From an uncultured Bacteroidota bacterium (GTDB taxonomy: Bacteria; Bacteroidota; Bacteroidia; AKYH767-A; 2013-40CM-41-45): 64,000 bases of DNA. How positions within the stretch are numbered: the stretch's first letter is position 1; each line of letters starts with the position of its first letter. A model generated the notes under the pieces. That model ran no database searches, had not been told where the DNA came from, and worked only from the letters and a program-made list of their open reading frames with translations. Below are positions 58,401 to 64,000 of the stretch, piece after piece. Location of the stretch: NCBI GenBank assembly GCA_963775555.1, contig CAVZJJ010000003.1, positions 116,813 through 180,812 of the forward strand, written 5' to 3'. The translations under genes and the position numbers were made by a program.

Positions 58401-61336
58401 AAATCCAAAGCATAGCCTGCCCCGTTGTCTTCAATGCCAGAACTCAGAGAGATGGTGGTAAAACTCCAAACCGGAGACCAGCCACTTGTACCATCTATAT
58501 TTGTAGCATTTACTCTCCAGTAATAGACTGTACTATTTGCCAAAGCCGGACTCACTGCAACTGAAGTGCCGGCAATGGCACTTTGGTTGAATACAGTTGT
58601 ACCAAAACCGGAACTGGTTGATACCTGCACCTGATATGTGTTTGCTCCTGCTGAAGAGTTCCAGCTCAAAGTCGGAGAAAGGGCGATTCCTGTTGAAGCA
58701 TCTGCGGGTGAAATTAATGTCGGTGCGGCAGGAGGAGTAGCGGCTGGAATTGCCAAAGCATATTCTGTGCCTGTCGCCCCTGTTACTGTTAGTGTGTTCG
58801 CAGCCATATCAAGAGTAGCTGATGCATCAGTCCATGCTCCTACTGAAATATTATCTCTCTTCACCAGCTTAAGACCGCTTTCGCTTATCACAGCGGGGTT
58901 ACCGGTATAATTATAAACCAAGGTATAAGTAGGTGTCGCAGTTCCAATTGCTCTTACTCCCCAGAACCTGGATGCGTCCAGAGAGTATCCAACAAGTCCT
59001 GTGGAACCACTTCTTATTGCATTATCATCCGCACGGTACACCTGAATTCCAGTAATGGTTCCTGCGGTTGTAGTTGCAGTAAGAGCATCTCCATTCGCAT
59101 GATTTAATGTAACTGTATATCCGCCGGTAGCCAAATAGTCATATGCCGAAGCATCGCCTAGAGCAGCTCCGCTCCATATATGATCAGTACCGGCATCCAT
59201 GTTGACCATGGTACCGTCATTGTTGTTTGATGTCTCATCATTCATGCTAGTTCCGGAAGTTTCATCAAACCTCCAATAACCAACTAATCCGGATTCATTG
59301 CCAATTAATTTCTTGGTCATGTTTGACTTGATGTCTGCATCGGATCTAACAATATTCCATACCCTTACTTCATCGATACTTCCTTGGAATGCCTTAGAAA
59401 AATCAGACAATTCGGATCCAATGGTCAGCGGGTTGGTTGTTGAAGCAATGGAGGCAGGTCCGGCCAATGTTCCGCCTTCCTGTATTCCATTCACATAAAG
59501 TTTTATTTCCTTAGTTGAATAATCATAGGTAGCAGCTACATGCATCCATGATCCATCGATTGGATAAGGTGTTGTGGAATTTACCCGGTATGAAGCTGAA
59601 TTGTTTAATCTAACAGAAACTTGTCGTTGAGCATTATTGGCAAGAAACAACTCATATCCAACAATCCCACCGGTAAGAAATTTTTTCACTATTGAATGTG
59701 TTCTTTGTGCGGTAGGTTTAATCCATGCTTCCATGGTGAGCGACTGGGTTATATTCAGAGAAGAGCCATTTCCACAATTTACATAATCAGTGGTTGAAGC
59801 CCCATTCACTCCATCAAAATCCAGAGCATAACCTGCCCCGTTGTCTTCAATGCCGGGAGTTGAGGATATAGTGGTAAAACTCCATGTCGTAGAAAAGCTA
59901 CTTGTGCCATTTGCGTTTGTGGCATTTACTCTCCAGTAATAAAGGTTGTTATTTAATAATGCAGGATTCACATTGGTCGAAGTTGTTGCAATTCCACTTT
60001 GGTTGTATACAGTTGTTGCAAAATTTGATACTGTCGATACCTGCACCTGGTATGATGTGGCTGTTGCAGATGCATTCCAGCTTAATGTTGGCGAAAGTGT
60101 AATGCCGGTTGAAACGTCACCGGGTGAAATCAAGTTTGGTGCCGATGGCGCAGCTCCTGCAGCGTCTGAAGCTAAAACTCCCACCAGAGTGGAAGCACTT
60201 GAAGCCATGATCACAATGTCTCCCGTGTAGTTTTGCTTGGTACTGGTAGTGTTATTGTATGTACCGCTGATCAAGGTTATGACAGCACTAAATGATATGC
60301 TGGAAGTAGAGCTTTCCTTGTACAGAATATTTCCACCACTATCGGATGAAGTGTACAGCACTTTGACTTTTCCCGCAGATTCGTTTAAAATTACAATAGG
60401 TCTGGTTCCGACAGTAGCAATTTCGTAAAGATTATCCCAGGTACCGGCCGGACGACGGATCAACAGGGCAATTTGAGGAAGCCCGGATCCAAAATCATTG
60501 AAACTTGTTTTTACCGCTGCGTAGATCGTTCCATCGCTTGCAACAGCAAGATTAATATGATCATCAGCCATTCCGGATCCAATAACGGCGGATTGTGAAG
60601 CCGGAACCTCATCTGCAGACCATGTTCCAGCAGCTGCGCCGTCAGCATGGTATCTGAAACCAAATCGTTGCGTAGTTTGATTCGACCATAAGACTCCGAT
60701 CTTTCCATCAAAAGCAGTTAGTGCGCAGATATCATCATCCGTTACTCCTGTAGCAAGATTGATTGCAGCGCTCCAGGAAGAATAAGGAGAATCACTCCAC
60801 CTAACATTAATGTCATTAGTTCCTGCAGAAGCCAGCCACATCCTTCCGTTTCCATCCATGTCGATGGCGGCAGTTTCAACACCGCTATCCAGACTAATGG
60901 CAACGGTAGAAGTCCGGGTTGACCACAATTGGTAAGTGGTTGATGCGGGTACATATTCTACGGATACCAGTGAAGAAGATGTTCCCTTGTAAAGCAGGAT
61001 ATGGGTAACGTTTCCAACCGCTTTGCAATCTGCAAAGCTGGCTTGGCTGGCATCGATATCCAATACACTTGTCCAGGTGGTCCCATCCAATCGCCAGACA
61101 TGTGTGCCTGTAGAATCGGGCATGACCATCCACCATTTTCCCGCATTGGTCCAGACTTTGGATTGTGGCTTTTCCCCGGTTATGGCAGTAACCGGAAGAC
61201 TAGTCAGATTGCTGACAGAATTAAAGCCTTGTGCCGAGCTAATCTTGGTTGTGAATAATACAACAGTGGAAATAATAGAAATGAAATTCAGCACGGCAAT
61301 CGCCTTGCGAAATTTACTAAAGTAAAATGTGTTCAT
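52499..61336 (-). CDS. N-terminal 2945-aa segment of the giant protein: signal peptide, Asp-box-like propeller, FN3-like, LamG, DNRLRE-type, metallophosphoesterase, Ig-like and Cys-repeat modules
   Basis: Motifs seen: LDGTTWTS (Asp-box-like); PTLSWN...YQVQVST...YYWRVNATN (FN3-like, four copies); EAWIKPT...HVAATYD...LYVNG...IDEVRVWN (LamG); LLLFDLSSIP...QLRSRE (DNRLRE-type, two copies); FAIVGLPDTQFY...LGDC..NGD...VGNHD...LAGHVPG (calcineurin-like phosphoesterase); GDPTPTVQWQ (Ig-like). Confidence 0.8.
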   Translation of the reverse strand: MNTFYFSKFRKAIAVLNFISIISTVVLFTTKISSAQGFNSVSNLTSLPVTAITGEKPQSKVWTNAGKWWMVMPDSTGTHVWRLDGTTWTSVLDIDASQASFADCKAVGNVTHILLYKGTSSSLVSVEYVPASTTYQLWSTRTSTVAISLDSGVETAAIDMDGNGRMWLASAGTNDINVRWSDSPYSSWSAAINLATGVTDDDICALTAFDGKIGVLWSNQTTQRFGFRYHADGAAAGTWSADEVPASQSAVIGSGMADDHINLAVASDGTIYAAVKTSFNDFGSGLPQIALLIRRPAGTWDNLYEIATVGTRPIVILNESAGKVKVLYTSSDSGGNILYKESSTSSISFSAVITLISGTYNNTTSTKQNYTGDIVIMASSASTLVGVLASDAAGAAPSAPNLISPGDVSTGITLSPTLSWNASATATSYQVQVSTVSNFATTVYNQSGIATTSTNVNPALLNNNLYYWRVNATNANGTSSFSTTWSFTTISSTPGIEDNGAGYALDFDGVNGASTTDYVNCGNGSSLNITQSLTMEAWIKPTAQRTHSIVKKFLTGGIVGYELFLANNAQRQVSVRLNNSASYRVNSTTPYPIDGSWMHVAATYDYSTKEIKLYVNGIQEGGTLAGPASIASTTNPLTIGSELSDFSKAFQGSIDEVRVWNIVRSDADIKSNMTKKLIGNESGLVGYWRFDETSGTSMNDETSNNNDGTMVNMDAGTDHIWSGAALGDASAYDYLATGGYTVTLNHANGDALTATTTAGTITGIQVYRADDNAIRSGSTGLVGYSLDASRFWGVRAIGTATPTYTLVYNYTGNPAVISESGLKLVKRDNISVGAWTDASATLDMAANTLTVTGATGTEYALAIPAATPPAAPTLISPADASTGIALSPTLSWNSSAGANTYQVQVSTSSGFGTTVFNQSAIAGTSVAVSPALANSTVYYWRVNATNIDGTSGWSPVWSFTTISLSSGIEDNGAGYALDFDGTNDYIDCGNNPSIQISGTAITMEAWIKPTKVGTMSILKKCGIIGGGTGYELYCGSAGFVYCRFNGNDASRALSTTSYPSTGAWIHVAATYDGVNTKMYINGVLEGTTAFTAAIVNSTNILEIANDPSTAARFFQGSIDEVRLWNVARTDADIKSNMTKKLIGNESGLVGYWRFDETSGTSMNDETSNNNDGTMINMDAGTDHLWSGAALGDASAYDYVAAGGYTATLNHANGDALTATTTSGTISGIQVYRADDNAIRSGSTGLVGYSLDASRFWGVRAIGTATPTYTLVYNYTGNPAVISESGLKLVKRDNISVGAWTDASATLDMGANTLTVTGATGTEYALAIPAATPPAAPTLISPADASTGIALSPTLSWNASAGANTYQVQVSTSSGFGTTVFNQSAIAGTSVAVSPALANSTVYYWRVNATNTDGTSSWSPVWSFTTIGTGPVTLVLQDGLNGYSGTRDTYIWETSPGTVRGAETTFIQDKNPADVPPNERKALLLFDLSSIPPGATIQSAELQFYVDAEGQGFNMHRMLTSWDEATVSYTSLGGRHFLPDNIDAESSVNSIWPGVDTYTGYITVSVPASTIQDWIDGNLTNNGWLMIAIHADDGQQLRSREHASQADRPKLTVTYSTSSGPSINISGTPLSAFNSQTGTPSASQSYTVSGSNLTDSILITAPLNFEISTLPASNFSSSITLHPSGGSVASTTIYVRFNRASAGSSSGNIQHTSIGAVTQNVAVTGTASTPASSIVLQDGLNAYSGTRDTYIYDVDPTITHGADTSFIQDKNPGNTPPDDRTSLLLFDLSSIPSGAIITSAELQFYVGVEGQGFNMYRMLVPWNEATASFASIGNRHFAADNVDAETAINANWPGVDTYVGSITVPVPASTIQDWIDGNLTNNGWLMIATHADDGQQLRSREHPVQADRPKLTINYSLVPSQAPNQPTNPSPADLANSGSTSPNICATVSDPNGDALLVQFYGRPKNGTGAKFAIVGLPDTQFYTEEPQGQNSGGGGKNGIFRSQTQWVADHRIDSNIVFVSHLGDCAQNGDANLIEWQRADTSMKNLEYPNVPIADGVPYGICVGNHDQGPIGNPDGTTTYYTQFFGSRFNGRAYYGGHYGSNNDNHFQLFSGGGIDFINISIEYYANGTTASMQPVLNWADSLLKKYSNRKGIISSHNILGTGNPGAFQGPGQKIYDDLKDNPNLILMLAGHVPGEGRRSDTYLGNTVHTLMSDYQSGYTNGGNGYLRFMQFLPDQNLLSVKTYSPYSNTSFTGASSQFTLPVNLTSEFVLLGTNTNVPSGSVSCIQWPSLTEGVEYEWYMVVSDGDSSTTGPVWSFTATGSTPPQVTTHPVSQAKCEGDLVSFTSAASGDPTPTVQWQLSTNGGVNWNNILAAVNATLSFTTSASDHGNQYRAIFTNAYGADTSNAATLTISGLASTSSTSITDCDSYTWNGVTYTSSGVYTTTGLNNAAGCDSSATVVLTINNSTHNSNTVYDCVSYTWASGNGITYTSSGTYLYSYTNGAGCASMDTLHLTISANSTSSTSVTACNTYTWNGVAHTTSGTYTTTGLLTLSGCDSSATVVLTINSCSSSALTFVPASQQYLNLGNDPSLHLTNFTLEAWIKIEGPGVSVTSGSGGVDIAPILAKGKGEVEDPVKDENYIFGYNAAANKLAADFEDNTNSNNHPVISRSTLGTCWTHVAASYNVPLHTWKLYINGILDTTLVLDSIYVPQSLSNVNGCIGSTLSSTGTLEGFFAGKIDEVRIWNVVRTDAEIFANYNAELLTGTGLAARWGLNEGSGSVAANSVAGGPSAILVSSPAWTLGFDAGANTSSSTPITACDSYTWNGITHTSSGTYTTTGFTNAGGCDSSATVVLTLNSLHNSSSITECTSYTWAAGTGTTYTSSGTYLYNYTNAGCASTDTLHLIIDGNPTSSTTVTACDSYTWNGVTYTTSGTYTTNRTYRNWWM
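54650..55440 (-). other. Metallophosphoesterase (calcineurin-like) domain embedded in the giant protein
   Basis: Motifs in order on the minus strand: GLPDTQ, HLGDCAQNGD, CVGNHD, SHNILG, LAGHVPGEG. Confidence 0.65.
57061..57945 (-). repeat. Near-identical internal duplication, copy B (period 1392 bp) inside the giant gene
   Basis: Sequence from MTKKLIGNESGLVGYWRFDE... to ...YYWRVNATN..SPVWSFTTI recurs almost unchanged at +1392 nt. The antisense ORFs at 57246 and 58638 differ by only a few residues. Confidence 0.8.
58451..59337 (-). repeat. Near-identical internal duplication, copy A
   Basis: Partner of 57061-57945, with only scattered substitutions in the stretches compared by eye. Confidence 0.8.
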
Positions 61337-61587
61337 TGCTGAAGTTTTATTTTGAATGGAATCTTTCGGGTGTTTAAATAGTAGTTGAATTAATAAATAT
61401 TTATATGAAAATTTACAAAGCCCAAAAACCTGAAATCAGGAGGGAGCACTTATATTTAATACTGGAAATATGTCTGTTTTTTTTTGATATTCAAAATATT
61501 TCATTCAAAATCAAGTAATAAAATACTATTTAATAATTAGGAAAATATTCGCCAAGCTAATGGGTTCATTCGCCAAATTTTTTGTCC

Positions 61588-63045
61588 CTATTTAAGCTTT
61601 CCCATAAGCCAATTCCTGTAATTTAATATCTCTGCATCACCGCTTTCCTGGACAGTATCACTTAGCAAAACCTTCTTTAAGCGGTTCAGAAAAGAAAATT
61701 CTTTTTTAATCGATCCGGAAAGCATCAAACGCTGAATGGCCTGAATAACCAGGGCTTCACGGATATTTCCACTTTCATTAATGAAGGAAGAATACTCTTT
61801 TTGCACCTGACGTATTTTTGTTTCCAGCACATCGAAATCACTTAACTCATAACGGATCATTAATTCAGCAACAGATATTTTAAAACGCAGCGAAGCGTCC
61901 GCTTTCTTATACCCATCGGACAAAAAAAGACTATTAAGATTTCGAATTGAAAGATGAAATTCTTTTTTATCAAAATATGAAACAGATAAATTTAAATAAA
62001 CAAACATTTCATGAAATAAATCAGAACGAATTATTTTATTCGATCTCATCTCCAAGAGAATTTCAATCGCCCGGTTGCGGTCCAAACGGGAGTAATTAAT
62101 CACCTGGGAGTTGTAGTAGAAGAACAAATATTTATCATGAAGAATCCCCTGGTACTCGTGCATCGCCTGATTCAGTCTCTCCGCATAGGCCAGTGATTCT
62201 TCGTACTTACCGTTTTTAAATAATGAGTTAATAAGAAAAACCAGCATCTGCAATTTAGTATCATGGTTTGTTCGTGTAAAGAGCAAACCGGAAACAAAAT
62301 CCTTATAGGTCACTAAAAGATATTCTTCCAGTGCATTATAGTCCCTTTTCTGCAGAAGGATCTGTGTAACTGCATGATAAATTTGAAAGCGTAACTTGGG
62401 GCTTTTGCTCAGCTCCTTATCATGTGAATAAGAATCTACAATATCCTGTAAGAGCGGAAGGATTGGATTCTCCGTGGAAGAAAAATTCTGTGTTACCTTC
62501 ATCTTGTACGTGAGCACAGCAAGGATGTCATCGATTGCCCGGAGCTGACCGATATGCCGTTGGTTGTCTCTCCTTTTTTGGACATATCCCTCCGGATCGA
62601 TACTCAGAATTTCATGAGACAAGCGGATGAAGTCGCTGTAAATAATATCGAGCAACTCGAAATTTTCTGTCCGCATGGCCAGTGCTTCTGCTTTTCTTAA
62701 AAAGTAATGGGCGGCCTTCGGGTTTCTATTCAGGAAAAACTTAGCCAAGGCAAGTAGATGCAAGGTGTAATTGCTGTCGTCACCATCAAAATGCTGGATC
62801 ATCAAACTCTTGTTCAACTCCGTAAGTAAGCGGTTCCGTAATCGATAAAAAGAATTCCTGGACCGTGAACCGTACAACTTCAAAAAAATCTTGTCTTCAT
62901 CATAGCGCTCCCCTGACTTGCGCATATAATCAAACAAGGTTTTATCCAGACGGTCGTCGCGATCATATCCCCGCTCGAGCCATAGTTTAAAAAAACGAAC
63001 CTCCTCTTTAGTAAGGCCGTTTACAATTGAATTTAAAATATTCAT
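61588..63045 (-). CDS. Hypothetical all-alpha (TPR-like?) protein upstream of the giant gene
   Basis: 485-aa clean ORF with helical-repeat-like composition. No motif recognised. Confidence 0.45.
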   Translation of the reverse strand: MNILNSIVNGLTKEEVRFFKLWLERGYDRDDRLDKTLFDYMRKSGERYDEDKIFLKLYGSRSRNSFYRLRNRLLTELNKSLMIQHFDGDDSNYTLHLLALAKFFLNRNPKAAHYFLRKAEALAMRTENFELLDIIYSDFIRLSHEILSIDPEGYVQKRRDNQRHIGQLRAIDDILAVLTYKMKVTQNFSSTENPILPLLQDIVDSYSHDKELSKSPKLRFQIYHAVTQILLQKRDYNALEEYLLVTYKDFVSGLLFTRTNHDTKLQMLVFLINSLFKNGKYEESLAYAERLNQAMHEYQGILHDKYLFFYYNSQVINYSRLDRNRAIEILLEMRSNKIIRSDLFHEMFVYLNLSVSYFDKKEFHLSIRNLNSLFLSDGYKKADASLRFKISVAELMIRYELSDFDVLETKIRQVQKEYSSFINESGNIREALVIQAIQRLMLSGSIKKEFSFLNRLKKVLLSDTVQESGDAEILNYRNWLMGKLK

Positions 63046-63132
63046 ACCTTCTTGAATAAGTAAGAAAATTATAAAATATATTTAGAATTTACAAGCATTT
63101 ACCTACATTTGAATGGACCTATACATAAGCCC

Positions 63133-63810
63133 ATGAAAGCGATCCGTTTTTACCTAGTCCTGCTCTTCCTTCTCACCGGACCGAAGCTTTTTTCACAAGT
63201 CAGATTAAGCATTACATCCCTCGACGGATTTCCAAATGCTCTTGGAGACACTGCCTACAACAACGCCTCCTATGACAGTATTTTTATAACAATAAAAAAC
63301 ACCGGCAATATTGCTTTTCAGGGTGAGGCAGATGTTATGATCCAGGGTGGCCTAGGGCTTACTGATACCCTCTATATGGACAGCATCGGCAGCACCATCC
63401 TGGCTCCGAATGATAGCATCGTAAAACGCCCACCGCCTTATCTCTTCAATTCCGTAAACTATATAGACGGAGACAATATCGTAGTGGTTTGGCCACAGGC
63501 GAGGGTAAGTGGCATTCTTTCCGACACGATTAGTTTTATTGTTTACTATGTCTCTTTCCAATCCATTAATGGCCCTGAGAGGAAAGCGCTACAAATCAGT
63601 CCAAATCCTGGTACCGACTTTATTCGCTTGGGAATTTCAGAAATAAAGCAGCTTGAATATGTAAGAATATTCAGTTTTGAAGGGCGTTTGATTTATGAAG
63701 CGGACAAAGACATGGAAATGATACGTGTGAAGAACTGGCCTGCCGGAATCTATTTCATCGAAGTACAAGGCAAGACCGAGAAATATTCCGGGCGTGTGAT
63801 TATTCAATAA
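63133..63810 (+). CDS. Secreted protein with T9SS C-terminal sorting domain
   Basis: ATG at 63133 (MKAIRFYLVLLFLLTGPKLFSQ signal). The track start at 63109 is TTG. C-terminus LQISPNPGTDFIRLGI...GIYFIEVQGKTEKYSGRVIIQ fits the CTD pattern. Confidence 0.6.
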   Translation: MKAIRFYLVLLFLLTGPKLFSQVRLSITSLDGFPNALGDTAYNNASYDSIFITIKNTGNIAFQGEADVMIQGGLGLTDTLYMDSIGSTILAPNDSIVKRPPPYLFNSVNYIDGDNIVVVWPQARVSGILSDTISFIVYYVSFQSINGPERKALQISPNPGTDFIRLGISEIKQLEYVRIFSFEGRLIYEADKDMEMIRVKNWPAGIYFIEVQGKTEKYSGRVIIQ

Positions 63811-64000
63811 TATCCTGCCGGATTAATCATGTAGTCTGCATATTTCCAGGTTGATCCATGAGTTTTCATTCTATTCAGATTAAGTATGAAACTCTCCTTC
63901 CTATTTTAAGGAGTGATTGAATTGTGAATAATTTTTTAGAAAGCGGCTTATCTGCAAGCGTTTATAAACAACTCTCATTACCTCTCCAGTCTCAATCAGC

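Larger units (their letters stand above)
43624..61336 (-). pseudogene. Giant (~17.7 kb, ~5900 codons if repaired) secreted multidomain adhesin-like gene, interrupted by many single-nt frameshifts
   Basis: One strand carries a continuous coding signal from the signal peptide at 61336 to the stop at 43624. ORF breaks coincide with 1-nt indels, for example a 146-bp unit instead of 147 bp near 44530 and an extra base near 52530. It could be an intact gene with assembly errors. Confidence 0.7.

Noticed and set aside
50681-61325. Numerous 60-126-aa plus-strand ORFs inside the giant gene (for example the MFAPAE... pair at 57246 and 58638)
   Set aside because: All are antisense to a continuous, domain-rich minus-strand reading frame. 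The near-identical pair simply mirrors the 1392-bp internal duplication.

Overview
AT-rich chromosomal segment that looks like Bacteroidota. This is an inference from several cargo proteins with T9SS-type C-terminal sorting domains, a DUF2723 membrane protein, and the IS21/IS30/IS1182-type elements. The window has three parts. (1) 1-3.97 kb holds secreted and outer-membrane genes. (2) About 3.98-35.5 kb is a visibly more AT-rich accessory/defence island that ends at tRNA-Gln(UUG) (35546-35618, minus strand). It contains two MITE-like repeats, a decayed UvrD-nuclease gene, an IS21 with target duplication, a type I R-M operon (hsdM frameshifted in an A6 run) bracketed by two UDG-fold-like genes, two identical IS30 copies, IS1182-type relics, and remnants of a mobile-element module (HTH_17 protein). 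It also holds the most interesting locus: a tightly packed minus-strand cluster of an APAZ-type partner with a SMEK/PD-(D/E)XK-like head, a short catalytically inactive Argonaute (MID-PIWI), an ABC-type ATPase with a ~315-aa unknown N-terminal region, and, just beyond an IS30 insertion, an HNH nuclease. That amounts to a short-pAgo pair joined to a Septu-like ATPase/HNH pair, an arrangement I do not recognise among characterised pAgo systems. (3) 35.7-64 kb holds core-like envelope genes: a SAM methyltransferase, DUF2723, a CE4 deacetylase, an OM barrel and T9SS cargo. It also holds one giant ~17.7-kb adhesin-like gene (43624-61336, minus strand) containing about 42 tandem 147-bp Cys-repeat units, many broken by 1-nt indels. 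Several otherwise conserved genes carry single-base frameshifts. Assembly or sequencing error cannot be separated from real pseudogenisation using the sequence alone. No CRISPR array, rRNA or integrase was seen. All family calls rest on motifs read by eye from the translations; no database search was run.
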